DNA of 64,000 bases. Origin: Gemmatimonadota bacterium. Its GTDB lineage: Bacteria; Gemmatimonadota; Gemmatimonadetes; Palauibacterales; Palauibacteraceae. Positions 48,065-57,448 of this stretch are shown in pieces. Where the stretch lies: contig JAZDDE010000064.1 in NCBI GenBank assembly GCA_036679495.1, positions 631 through 64,630 of the forward strand. Direction: 5' to 3'. The translations under genes were made by a program, and so were the position numbers. The first letter of the stretch is position 1. Every line of letters starts with the position of its first letter. The notes beneath the pieces are model-generated. The model was not told the DNA's origin and did not search any database. It was given only the letters and a program-made list of their open reading frames with translations.

Positions 48065-49345
48065 TTGCTCGACATCAAGACTCTGCGGGCCGATCCGTCA
48101 GCGGCTCGGGCCGGCCTGACACTCCGCGGCGATCAGGATGCGGTCGCGACCCTCGATCTCTGTCTCTCGCTGGACAAGCGCCGCCGCGCAGTCATCGGGG
48201 ATGTGGAAGTACTGAAAGCACGCCGAAACGAAGTGTCGCACGAGGTCGGGGAGCGGAAGCGGCGGGGGGAGGCCGCGGAAGATCTAGTCGGAGAAATGAA
48301 GGGCGTGGCGGACGAGATCAAGGGGCTAGACCGGGAGCTCGCCAGCATCGATGACCAGCTTCGGGACGCACTCCTGGAACTTCCCAATCTTCCAGCCGGT
48401 CGCGTGCCTGCCGGCCGGGAAGGGGAGGGGCCCGTGCTCCGGGAGTGGGGAGAGGCGGCATCGTTCGAATTCGAGCCGGTCTCACACTGGGATCTGGGCG
48501 CACGGCTCGGGATTCTGGATCTGGAACGAGCGGCGCGGATCGCCGGATCCGGCTTTCCACTTCTGCTCGGATCGGGCGCTCGGCTTTCCCGCGCTCTAAT
48601 TCAATTCATGCTCGACCTCCACGTGGAAGAACACGGCTACGTAGAAGTCGCGCCACCGCTGCTGGTCAATCGGGATACCCTCACGGCTACGGGCCAGCTG
48701 CCGAAGTTCGAAGAGGACGTGTATCGGACGGAGCCCGACGATCTGTTTCTCGTCCCAACGGCCGAGGTCCCGGTAACCAATATTCACCGGGATGAGATTC
48801 TAGATGAATCGAAGCTGCCGATCGCCTATGTAGCGTACACTCCCTGCTTCCGCCGTGAGGCCGGTGCCGCGGGGCGCGATACGCGGGGTCTGCTCAGAGT
48901 GCATCAGTTCGACAAAGTCGAACTCGTCCGCTTCTGCCCCCCGGAGGCTGCCGAGGAGCAACTGGAGTCGCTCACCCGCCATGCCGAAGTCGTGCTGGAG
49001 CGGCTGGACCTTCCGTACCGGCGCATCCTGCTTCCAGCCGGCGATCTCGGTTTTGCCAATTCGATCACCTACGACCTGGAGGTGTGGGCTCCGGGCGTCG
49101 AGAAATGGCTGGAAGTCTCCAGTTGCTCCAGCTATTCTGACTTTCAGGCGCGGCGTGGCGGGATCCGCTACCGGCCGGCAGGTGGCGGGAAGCCCGCTTT
49201 CGTAACGACGCTGAACGGATCGGGGGTGGCTCTGGCGCGGACTCTCGTAGCTCTGCTGGAACACGGTCAGGAAGAGGACGGATCGGTCCGAATTCCGAGG
49301 GTGCTGCAGCCGTACATGGGAACCGACCGTCTGACCGTACCGTGA
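48065..49345 (+). CDS. serS: Seryl-tRNA synthetase
   Basis: 426 aa. Coiled-coil N-arm; TGQLPKFEEDVY, LVPTAEVP, CFRREAG, RVHQFDKVE, TLNGSGVA. Confidence 0.95.
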   Translation: MLDIKTLRADPSAARAGLTLRGDQDAVATLDLCLSLDKRRRAVIGDVEVLKARRNEVSHEVGERKRRGEAAEDLVGEMKGVADEIKGLDRELASIDDQLRDALLELPNLPAGRVPAGREGEGPVLREWGEAASFEFEPVSHWDLGARLGILDLERAARIAGSGFPLLLGSGARLSRALIQFMLDLHVEEHGYVEVAPPLLVNRDTLTATGQLPKFEEDVYRTEPDDLFLVPTAEVPVTNIHRDEILDESKLPIAYVAYTPCFRREAGAAGRDTRGLLRVHQFDKVELVRFCPPEAAEEQLESLTRHAEVVLERLDLPYRRILLPAGDLGFANSITYDLEVWAPGVEKWLEVSSCSSYSDFQARRGGIRYRPAGGGKPAFVTTLNGSGVALARTLVALLEHGQEEDGSVRIPRVLQPYMGTDRLTVP

Positions 49346-50517
49346 GGCGCCGCCGGTTCACGCTGGGGATAGCGCTCGCCTTTTCCGCCATCCTACTGTC
49401 GTATTTCGTGTACACGACCAGAATCGCGAACACGCTCCGCCGAGACGCGGGCTCGTATAGCCGCATTTATTTTCGTGTTGTCCAGAGTGCCGTATCGCAG
49501 GACGGTCTCTCTTTCGAAAGCATGCTGGAACTTCTGGATGAGCTGTATCAGATTGAGATTCCAGTTGTGCTCACGGACATAGACGGTTTGGCCACTGACG
49601 CCCGAAATCTGCCTTTTGAGGCCGACCTTGGAGACCCAATGGGGCAGGAGCGAGTGCGCGAATACGTGGCACGGCTCGATGCCCGGTCCATCCCCCTGGT
49701 TGATTCCACGCTCAACCTCGTAGTGCATTATGGAGAACCGGTGTCTCTGCGCAGGCTGAAGTGGATTCCCTGGTTCCAGGCGGCTCTTCTGCTCGGAGCG
49801 CTCTTGCTCGGTGGTTGGGCCGTACGAGAGGCGAGTCGAGGCGAGCGGGAACGCCTTTGGACCTCCATGGCCCGGGAGTCTGCTCACCAGATGGGGACGC
49901 CCCTGAGCTCGCTGTCCGGCTGGCTGGAATTGGCCTCGGGGCCCGAGGGCCTGGCGGGGGCCGAGGACGTGGACGTACTGGCTGAGATGGACGCGGATGT
50001 AAGGCGTTTGCACAAAGTGTCGCGGCGGTTTGAGCTGATCGGGTTGGCGCCCGAACTGGGCCGGGTCGATCTGGCGCCCGTATTGGAAGGTCTTCAGCGC
50101 TATTTCTCGGCCCGCCTGCCGTCTCTGACAAGCCGCGTGCGACTGACGCTGGATCTGCCTCCCGAAGGGCCGGTTCTGCGGGGCAGTTCGACGCTGCTCG
50201 AATGGGGGTTCGAAAACCTGATCAAGAACGCGCTCGATTCTCTGGCCGGGCGTGAGGGTGAGATTCGGATTGCGTATGCCGGCCTCGAGAACGACCGGGC
50301 GGTTCTTCGCGTGAGCGACGATGGCCCAGGCGTACCGCTGGCAGTTCGGGACCGGCTGTTTGAGGTGGGCGTGACAACCAAAGAGGGTGGGTGGGGAGTC
50401 GGACTGTCTCTCACGGAGCGCATATTCGTCGAGATGCACGGAGGCAGTATTCAGCTCGAACCCACTCCCAGCGGAGCCTCGTTTCGGATCGAGTTGCCGC
50501 TGCTGGGGTCCGCCTGA
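49342..50517 (+). CDS. Membrane sensor histidine kinase (no cognate response regulator in the window)
   Basis: 391 aa. Two TM segments flank a ~130-aa extracytoplasmic region. H box ESAHQMGTPLSSLSG, N box ENLIKNALDS, G boxes DDGPGVP and GWGVGLSL. Confidence 0.8.
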   Translation: MRRRRFTLGIALAFSAILLSYFVYTTRIANTLRRDAGSYSRIYFRVVQSAVSQDGLSFESMLELLDELYQIEIPVVLTDIDGLATDARNLPFEADLGDPMGQERVREYVARLDARSIPLVDSTLNLVVHYGEPVSLRRLKWIPWFQAALLLGALLLGGWAVREASRGERERLWTSMARESAHQMGTPLSSLSGWLELASGPEGLAGAEDVDVLAEMDADVRRLHKVSRRFELIGLAPELGRVDLAPVLEGLQRYFSARLPSLTSRVRLTLDLPPEGPVLRGSSTLLEWGFENLIKNALDSLAGREGEIRIAYAGLENDRAVLRVSDDGPGVPLAVRDRLFEVGVTTKEGGWGVGLSLTERIFVEMHGGSIQLEPTPSGASFRIELPLLGSA

Positions 50518-52781
50518 TGGCCGGCCCGCAGCTCAACCCGGAGCAGGGCAGTGCGGTCCAGCACGGACTCGGTCCCCTACTTGTCCTGGCCGGTGCCGGT
50601 TCCGGCAAGACGCGCGTGCTTACAGCCCGCGTAGCCCGCCTCATCGAAGAGGACGGAGTGCCGCCGCAGCGCATTCTGGCCATGACCTTCACCAACAAGG
50701 CGGCCGGGGTAATGCGCACCCGAATCGCGGACCTCATCGGAGGTGAGCCGCGCGGACTCTGGGTCGGAACGTTTCACTCGATCGCAGCGCGCGTCTTGAG
50801 GCGCGAGTCAGAGGGCGCGTCCAGGACCCGGGGCTTCACGATCTACGATTCGGACGACACCCTGCGGGTCATCCGGCGAGCCATGGACGAGGCTGGCCTG
50901 GATACCCAGCGTTGGTCACCGCAAGCGATTCGAGGGCGCATCTCTGACGCGAAAAGTGCGCTCGTGACGGCACCGGAATACTCCGCGACCGCCTTCAATC
51001 TGATGTCCAAGGCGGTGGCTAGCGTGTACCCGGTATACGAGCGGATGCTGGTTCAGGCCAACGCATACGATTTTGATGATCTCCTCCTCCATACGGCCCT
51101 GCTTCTGGAGAACAACCCGACTATCGGGGATCACTACGCTGATCGTTTCCTCCACATTCTCGTGGATGAGTATCAGGACACCAATCACGCCCAGTACCGA
51201 ATCGTCCGCCGCTTGGCGGAAGGACACGGAAATGTGTGCGTCGTGGGCGACGACGACCAATCAATCTACGGTTGGCGAGGGGCCGACGTACGGAACATTC
51301 TGGACTTTGAACGCGACTTTCCGGGTACCGAGGTTGTCCGACTGGAACAGAATTATCGGTCCACCGCTTCCATACTCGATGTGGCCAACTCGGTTATCGC
51401 GCTTAACCGGTCGCGGAAGGAAAAGAAACTTAGAACCGAGCGCGCCGCGGGAGAGTCCGTCGTCGTGGCCCGGCTGCGGGACGAGAAAGCCGAGGCCAAA
51501 TGGGTGATAGAGCGATTCCAGGCGTTCGGGGTTCGCGCCACAGAGTGTACGATTCTGTACCGGACGAACGCGCAGTCGCGGCCACTGGAGGAGGCGCTGC
51601 GCCGGGTCAGGATCCCGTACCGGGTCGTAGGTGGAGTCCGCTTCTACGAGCGGCGGGAGATCAAGGACGTTTTGGCCTACCTTCTTCTGACCGTGAATCC
51701 CGCTGACGAGAACGCGTTCGGCCGGGCCGTGTCGTGGCCGCGGCGCGGGATCGGATCGGTCACCCTGGAGCGTCTCCGGGACTGGGCTTCCGCCGAGGGT
51801 GTGCCGCTGCTTGCGGCGGCCGAACGAGCTGCCGAGGTGCCCGGGTTGCCACCGGCTGGGGCTCGCGCGCTCGTGGACTTTGCCGCGGCCATCTCTGCGC
51901 TCCGGCTGCTCAGCCAGGAAGAGACTGTCGAGGCCGTGCTGCGGGAAAGCCTTATGTCGTGCGGATTGATCGCCGCGCTCGAATTGGAGGATGATGGGGA
52001 GAACCGGCTGGCCAATGTCACGGAACTGCTTGCTGCCACCGCTGCCTTCGACCCATCTCAGGTTGAGGATGCCGAGGCCGGGGCCACCGATCTCGAACTC
52101 TATCTGCAGTCCGCCGCGCTCCAGACGGACGCCGACGAAGTGGACGACGAAGAGAACTGCATCACCATGATGACGATCCACAGCGCCAAGGGTCTCGAGT
52201 TTCCTGTCGTGTTCCTGGTCGGCCTCGAAGACGGCCTCTTTCCGCTGGCCCGGGCTTCCGAATCGGAGCAGGAACTCGAGGAGGAACGCCGCCTGTTCTA
52301 CGTGGGCGTCACGAGAGCTGAGGACCATCTTCTTCTCTCGCATGCGGACCGGCGGTGGAGGTACGGATCCGAGAGTCGGTCGGCGCCGTCCCCGTTCCTT
52401 CTCGAGCTGCCCGAGGATTCCGTGCGCCGCGTTCACGTAGGGGGAAGGACGTATCAGGCAAACCCGGCGCACGGCGGCCGGAACTCTCGCAGGCCGGCAC
52501 CGTCGACGAGTACCCAATCCGAGACTAGGTTTTCCTGGCAGCGGAGCCCGGCTGCGGAATCGCGCTCCGGCTCCGAGTCGGCTGGTGTTCGGTATGATTT
52601 TGGAGACACACAGGAGCCGCTCCGCCTGGAGCCCGGCGCCCGGGTCGTTCATCCCCATTTCGGATCCGGTGAGATCCTGACCGTCAGCGGGCACGGCGCT
52701 TCTGTGAAGGCCGATATCGAGTTCGAGGGATACGGAACCAAGAGGGTGGTGGTCGCGCACGCACGTCTGCGGCCGGAGTGA
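50517..52781 (+). CDS. pcrA: ATP-dependent DNA helicase PcrA/UvrD (SF1)
   Basis: Start at ATG 50517 (shares a base with the kinase stop). LVLAGAGSGKTRVL, TFTNKAA, LVDEYQDTN, VVGDDDQSIYGWRGA, LEQNYRST, TIHSAKGLEF, LFYVGVTRA. Confidence 0.9.
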   Translation: MAGPQLNPEQGSAVQHGLGPLLVLAGAGSGKTRVLTARVARLIEEDGVPPQRILAMTFTNKAAGVMRTRIADLIGGEPRGLWVGTFHSIAARVLRRESEGASRTRGFTIYDSDDTLRVIRRAMDEAGLDTQRWSPQAIRGRISDAKSALVTAPEYSATAFNLMSKAVASVYPVYERMLVQANAYDFDDLLLHTALLLENNPTIGDHYADRFLHILVDEYQDTNHAQYRIVRRLAEGHGNVCVVGDDDQSIYGWRGADVRNILDFERDFPGTEVVRLEQNYRSTASILDVANSVIALNRSRKEKKLRTERAAGESVVVARLRDEKAEAKWVIERFQAFGVRATECTILYRTNAQSRPLEEALRRVRIPYRVVGGVRFYERREIKDVLAYLLLTVNPADENAFGRAVSWPRRGIGSVTLERLRDWASAEGVPLLAAAERAAEVPGLPPAGARALVDFAAAISALRLLSQEETVEAVLRESLMSCGLIAALELEDDGENRLANVTELLAATAAFDPSQVEDAEAGATDLELYLQSAALQTDADEVDDEENCITMMTIHSAKGLEFPVVFLVGLEDGLFPLARASESEQELEEERRLFYVGVTRAEDHLLLSHADRRWRYGSESRSAPSPFLLELPEDSVRRVHVGGRTYQANPAHGGRNSRRPAPSTSTQSETRFSWQRSPAAESRSGSESAGVRYDFGDTQEPLRLEPGARVVHPHFGSGEILTVSGHGASVKADIEFEGYGTKRVVVAHARLRPE

Positions 52782-52797
52782 AACCAAAGAGAGCCAG

Positions 52798-52981
52798 ATG
52801 ACCAGAATTGATCCGGATACCGTACGGCACGTCGCGAGGTTGGCCCGCCTCCGTCTCGACGAAGCCGAAATTGAGAAACTAGGGTCCGAGATGTCATCTA
52901 TTCTGGACTATTTCGCGGCGAGATGGCCTGATCGTGGTTCCCAGGCTGGATGCCCTGGGAGGGAAGCACAGCGACGCATGA
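52798..52981 (+). pseudogene. gatC: Asp/Glu-tRNA amidotransferase subunit C, central ~40 codons missing and frame shifted
   Basis: The N-terminus MTRIDPDTVRHVARLARLRLDEAEIEKLGSEMSSILDYF is typical GatC. From ~52919 a different frame reads RDGLIVVPRLDALGGKHSDA-stop, which is GatC C-terminus-like (compare DGyf.VP..l). Its TGA overlaps the gatA ATG at 52978. As it stands, the N-terminal 39 codons read straight through into gatA. Confidence 0.7.
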
Positions 52982-54432
52982 TCCGTACGATCGACGAAGC
53001 CCGGAGCCTGTTGGCCAGCGGCTCCACGCCAGAGGAACTACTCGATCGTGCGGCCGAGCGTCAGGCCGAGCTCGAGTCCGGTGATCCGGCCCTCAACGCG
53101 TTCCTTAGCACGATCAACGACGGTATCCGGCGGGAGTCCGGCCCGCGGGAGTCCGGTCCTGGAGGGGGCGAGCTGGAAGGCGTCCCGTACGCGGCAAAAG
53201 ACAACATCTGCACCCCGGATCTTCCTACTACCTGCGGTTCATTGATTCTGGAGGGCTATCAGTCTCCCTATAGCGCGACCGCCATACGACGTCTGGAGGC
53301 GGCCGGCGCCCGGTTGTTCGGGAAGACAAACTGCGACGAGTTCGCCATGGGCTCGTCTACGGAAAACAGTGCGTTCGGAGCCAGCCGGAATCCGTACGAC
53401 AGGGGCCGTGTGCCGGGCGGAAGCTCTGGTGGCAGCGCCGCGGCAGTCGCGGCTGGAGTCGTCCCGTTCGCGTTGGGTTCAGAGACGGGGGGGTCGGTCA
53501 GGCAGCCCGCCTCATTCTGCGGTCTCGTGGGACTCAAGCCGTCGTATGGACGCGTGAGCCGGTATGGACTTGTGGCCTTCGCCTCGAGCCTGGATCAGAT
53601 CGGAATTCTGACCCGTGGAGTACGCGACGCGGGCCGGGTGTTGGAGACTATCGCCGGCCCGGATCCGCGAGACGCCACCTGCCAGGATCGGCCGGTGCCA
53701 CGTGTGGCCGCGCTCGACGACGTTCGGCTGGACGATCAGGTGATCGGTGTACCCACTGAATACCTGGGGCTGGGTCTCGATGCTGAGGTTCGGGCGGTTT
53801 TCGAGGAGTCGCTAGGGCAGCTCGAAGAAGCGGGCGCGAAGATCCGCGAGGTGTCCCTTTGCAGCACACCGTCGGCCATCCCTTGCTACTACGTGATTGC
53901 TCCGGCCGAAGCGTCTAGCAACCTGGCCCGTTACGACGGGGTGCGATACGGCTTCCGAGACGCGTCCGGCTCCGGCCTGGAAGACCTGTACTCGCGAACG
54001 CGGGCGGGTGGCTTCGGGGCCGAAGTGAAGCGCCGCATCATGCTCGGGACGTTCGCGCTCTCGGCCGGATACTTCGATGAATTCTATGGCCGAGCGCTGC
54101 TCGTCCGGCAGGCCATTGTTCGGGACTTCGATCGAGTATTCGAATCGGGCGTGGACGCGTTGTTCACTCCCACGACTCCAACGCCTGCGTTTCGTCTCGG
54201 TGAGAAAATCGCGGATCCCTACGACATGTACCTGTCCGACGTATACACGGTGTCCGCCAACCTCGCCGGGCTTCCCGCGGTCTCCGTGCCGATCGGAAAC
54301 ATCGGGGGGCTACCGATCGGAGCCCAGTTCATGGCACCGCGATTCGGAGAAGAAACCCTGCTAGGTCTGGCCCTACGCCTTGAAGAGCTGATCGGCTACG
54401 CGCCTCCTGAGCTACAGGAGACAGCAGCATGA
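52978..54432 (+). CDS. gatA: Asp/Glu-tRNA amidotransferase subunit A
   Basis: MIRTIDEARSLL..LNAFLS..GVPYAAKDNI..GKTNCDEFAMGSSTENSAFG..GGSSGGSAAAVAAG..GSETGGSVRQPASFCG amidase signature. Confidence 0.9.
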   Translation: MIRTIDEARSLLASGSTPEELLDRAAERQAELESGDPALNAFLSTINDGIRRESGPRESGPGGGELEGVPYAAKDNICTPDLPTTCGSLILEGYQSPYSATAIRRLEAAGARLFGKTNCDEFAMGSSTENSAFGASRNPYDRGRVPGGSSGGSAAAVAAGVVPFALGSETGGSVRQPASFCGLVGLKPSYGRVSRYGLVAFASSLDQIGILTRGVRDAGRVLETIAGPDPRDATCQDRPVPRVAALDDVRLDDQVIGVPTEYLGLGLDAEVRAVFEESLGQLEEAGAKIREVSLCSTPSAIPCYYVIAPAEASSNLARYDGVRYGFRDASGSGLEDLYSRTRAGGFGAEVKRRIMLGTFALSAGYFDEFYGRALLVRQAIVRDFDRVFESGVDALFTPTTPTPAFRLGEKIADPYDMYLSDVYTVSANLAGLPAVSVPIGNIGGLPIGAQFMAPRFGEETLLGLALRLEELIGYAPPELQETAA

Positions 54433-55913
54433 TCGCAGGTAGGCAAGGCGCGAACGGTTGGGAAGCCGTTATTGGCATCGAAGTGCACGTGCAGCTCAGG
54501 ACGTCGACGAAAATGTTCTGCGGCTGCCTCGCTGAGTTCGGGGCGGCGCCCAATACGCGAGTGTGTCCCGTGTGCCTGGGCCTACCGGGCGCACTTCCGG
54601 TGCCGAACGAACAGGCTGTGCGGCTCGGAGTCCGGGCAGCCGTGGCGCTCGGGTGTTCTATCCACACCACATCCCGGTTCGACAGAAAGAACTACTTCTA
54701 TCCAGATCTTCCCAAAGGATACCAGATAACCCAGTTCGATTGGCCATTGGCTACGAACGGCAGCGTACGGATTCGGAATGGGGACGAAGAGCGATCCATT
54801 GGCGTGCGCCGACTCCATCTGGAAGAGGACGCGGGCAAGTCGCAGCACGACCGATTCGACGGAAGCACAGCCGTCGACCTGAATCGGGCCGGAGTGCCTC
54901 TGGCGGAGATTGTGACCGAGCCTGATCTCCGAAGTCCCGCCGAGGCGCGGGCCTACCTCACGCGGATAAAGCAGCTTCTCGAGCATTTTGCAGCCGTCAG
55001 CGACTGCAACATGGAACAGGGGAGCCTTCGGGCGGACGCCAATCTTTCCGTCCGGAGAATCGGCAGCACGGGCCTTGGGACGAAGACTGAGGTCAAGAAT
55101 CTGAATTCCTTCGCGCACGTCGAGAAAGCCCTCACGTTTGAGTTCGAGCGGCAGGTGGCTGTCCTCGAAGCAGGTGACGAGGTCCGACACGAAACCCGCC
55201 TGTTCGATCCGGGAGCTGGCGAGACGCGGCCGATGCGGGGCAAGGAAGAGGCCACGGATTACCGTTACTTCCCGGAGCCGGATCTGCCCCTGTTGGCGAT
55301 CGACGAGGCGCTGGTCGAAGACGAGCGGCAGACCCTTCCGGAGCTCCCGGATCCACTCGAGGCGCGTCTCCAGTCGCAGTACGAACTCTCGGAGTATGAC
55401 GCCCGTCTGCTAGGCATGACTCCCGCTCGTGCGTCCTACTTCGAATCGGTTGCAGAGCGGACCGGCGCGGATCTGGCCAAGAGTGCCGCCAACCTGATCA
55501 TGAGTGACCTGGCCGCGGAGCTGAATCGGCGCGGTGCGAACGTGACGGAGGAGCAGCTCATTTCAGCGGGGACTCTGGCGCGGATTGTCTCGCTGCGGTC
55601 GGAGGGGGTACTTAGCTCTGACACGGCCAGCGAGGCCCTGCGCCTGCTGTTTTCTGAGGAAGCAGGTCAAGACCCTGATGATGTCGTCGCCCGCCATGGG
55701 CTGGCGCAGGTCCAGGATGATACGCAACTGTCCAACTGGATTTCCGAGGTCGTCCAAGCGCACCCTGTTGAGACGGCCCGATATCGGGGCGGAGAGGAGA
55801 AGCTCATCGGCTTTTTCATGGGTGCAGTGATGCGTGCGTCGGGTGGCAGGGCAGATCCCAGCAGGACGCGCGAAGCCCTCAGAGGACATCTGTCGGCCGA
55901 AACTGAGGCCTAG
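54429..55913 (+). CDS. gatB: Asp/Glu-tRNA amidotransferase subunit B
   Basis: 494 aa. WEAVIGIEVHVQL.T.TKMFCGC..PNT.VCPVCLGLPGALPV..FDRKNYFYPDLPKGYQITQ..RLHLEEDAGKS. Confidence 0.95.
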   Translation: MIAGRQGANGWEAVIGIEVHVQLRTSTKMFCGCLAEFGAAPNTRVCPVCLGLPGALPVPNEQAVRLGVRAAVALGCSIHTTSRFDRKNYFYPDLPKGYQITQFDWPLATNGSVRIRNGDEERSIGVRRLHLEEDAGKSQHDRFDGSTAVDLNRAGVPLAEIVTEPDLRSPAEARAYLTRIKQLLEHFAAVSDCNMEQGSLRADANLSVRRIGSTGLGTKTEVKNLNSFAHVEKALTFEFERQVAVLEAGDEVRHETRLFDPGAGETRPMRGKEEATDYRYFPEPDLPLLAIDEALVEDERQTLPELPDPLEARLQSQYELSEYDARLLGMTPARASYFESVAERTGADLAKSAANLIMSDLAAELNRRGANVTEEQLISAGTLARIVSLRSEGVLSSDTASEALRLLFSEEAGQDPDDVVARHGLAQVQDDTQLSNWISEVVQAHPVETARYRGGEEKLIGFFMGAVMRASGGRADPSRTREALRGHLSAETEA

Positions 55914-56899
55914 GAGGGAGCGAGACGCGAGGTCGGTCTTCCGATCGCGAAATGAGCTTCTTCCAGCAAGCGGTCCGACAGATCACCCGTCTCTCCGCGC
56001 CGCTCCCAGTACTTGACCTCGCCACTCGGCTTCGGGAAGTGGTAGTCGGCGGTCCGCCGAAGAGCGTCACTGTCCTGCCAGCTACCCGCCATCAGAACGC
56101 GCCTCCGGATACGCTTGGCCTCGCCGAGGGCTGCCTCGCCGATGGGATCCTGCCGTACGGCTGCTGACGAGCTGCCTTCGACCAGAAAGCCGGCCACGAA
56201 CTCGAACGCGTACCGGTGGTACATTTCCACCTCGTCAGGCGCGAGATCCCAGCGCGATCGATCGACCAGCGAATCAAAGATCGCTTGCCAACCTTCGTGG
56301 CCGCTGATGCGGATCATACCTCGGAAGATCCTGCGGTTCGTGCCGAAGCTGAACAGGGTATCCGACAGGACCCGCCGAAAGAGATCATCCGTCCGAGCGT
56401 GGTCGGCCTCCGTCACCACCCAGCGGGCCAGAGTCGTCGGGGCAGGCCCGAGATCCGCGTCCATGCGGTGCTCCCAGTACGAATGGCCAAGGGCCTTGGA
56501 CGAGGAGGTGAGGAGCAGCTGCCGCGGGACGAAGCAGTTGTGCGCCAGCACGTCCGCTGCCAGATGACACAGATACCCGAGCATGGCGGCGCGGAGCTGC
56601 GGATCATCACCGGCCTCTTCATAGATTTCTTCGGCCACATGCCAGTGGTGGCAGTGCCGTCCAGCGGCCGCGTACTTCTTCGCCATGGAAATGTCGGCGG
56701 CCAGGTTGCCGTACAGGAAGTCGACAGGATACGACGTTAGGAGCGCCGCGATTGAGGACGGAAACAGGTTGAGAGAGCGGAGAACTTCGAGGCCAAGCTG
56801 AGCGTGAGTAGCGGGGCCCCACGCCAGGGCCGGTTCGGGAGTCAGTAGAAGGAGTGCGACAACGATCAGCGCTACAGACCCCGAGGACCGGAGTTTCAA
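55910..56899 (-). CDS. Zinc-dependent phospholipase C-like family protein (secreted)
   Basis: 329 aa. Signal peptide, then mature N-terminus AWGPATHAQLG (the W-G-x-x-T-H start typical of Zn_dep_PLPC) and several His-rich sites (HCHHWH, CHLAADVLAHN). Confidence 0.65.
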   Translation of the reverse strand: MKLRSSGSVALIVVALLLLTPEPALAWGPATHAQLGLEVLRSLNLFPSSIAALLTSYPVDFLYGNLAADISMAKKYAAAGRHCHHWHVAEEIYEEAGDDPQLRAAMLGYLCHLAADVLAHNCFVPRQLLLTSSSKALGHSYWEHRMDADLGPAPTTLARWVVTEADHARTDDLFRRVLSDTLFSFGTNRRIFRGMIRISGHEGWQAIFDSLVDRSRWDLAPDEVEMYHRYAFEFVAGFLVEGSSSAAVRQDPIGEAALGEAKRIRRRVLMAGSWQDSDALRRTADYHFPKPSGEVKYWERRGETGDLSDRLLEEAHFAIGRPTSRLAPS

Positions 56900-57360
56900 C
56901 CGTACCGCCTGCGCTCTCGGCCGAGGAATCGACGGGAGCGTTTGCGGCCTTTTCCCTTTCCTGTCAATCCGCGCACCGTACGGACCAGCCCGGCAAGCGA
57001 GAAGAACGTTTCTTCGGCTTCCTCCTGTACGACGGCCAGAAGGGCATTGAGATCTGAGGCGCGCTCTTCTGCCAGATCCACCATTCTGATGATCGACTCT
57101 GAGGCGCGCGCAACGGTGTCGTCTACGGCCTCTACATTCGAGAGAACGAGAGAAGCGATCTGGCTGGACTGATCGAGAAGCTGGTCTGAACGGGCGAGAA
57201 TGGGAGCGACACTATTCTCGAGACGGGTCGAGATCGCCTCGAACGTCTTGAGCGCCCGAATAAGACGGGGGACCAGCACGGCTACCGCGAGCACGAGGCC
57301 GCTTCCAAGAACGACCCACAGGATCAATGATGCGAGTATCAATGCTTCGGTAAGACTCAA
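56896..57360 (-). CDS. DUF948-like membrane-anchored coiled-coil protein
   Basis: 154 aa. N-terminal TM, long helical region, basic tail GKGKGRKRSRR. Family assignment from memory. Confidence 0.55.
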   Translation of the reverse strand: MSLTEALILASLILWVVLGSGLVLAVAVLVPRLIRALKTFEAISTRLENSVAPILARSDQLLDQSSQIASLVLSNVEAVDDTVARASESIIRMVDLAEERASDLNALLAVVQEEAEETFFSLAGLVRTVRGLTGKGKGRKRSRRFLGRERRRYG

Positions 57361-57448
57361 CAGTCCTCCGCGGTCGAGTAGAGTATTCTCCCAGCCAACA
57401 AAGTATACGAGTCGCCTCCGAAGCCCTCAACCGCACGATCCGGGCCGC

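Noticed and set aside
53120-53160. A 15-nt tandem duplication in gatA (cgggagtccggc/cgggagtccggt, encoding RESGP-RESGP).
   Set aside because: It is a short in-frame duplication in a variable N-terminal loop of GatA. It is probably neutral slippage and has no functional implication I can support.
52798-54432. Reading the 544-aa ORF as a genuine, evolved GatC-GatA fusion protein.
   Set aside because: The linker (ARWPDRGSQAGCPGREAQRR) is the out-of-frame translation of a GatC-like C-terminus, whose own stop still overlaps the gatA ATG in ATGA fashion. This indicates a recent deletion or an artefact rather than a designed fusion. It is kept as a finding to be checked.
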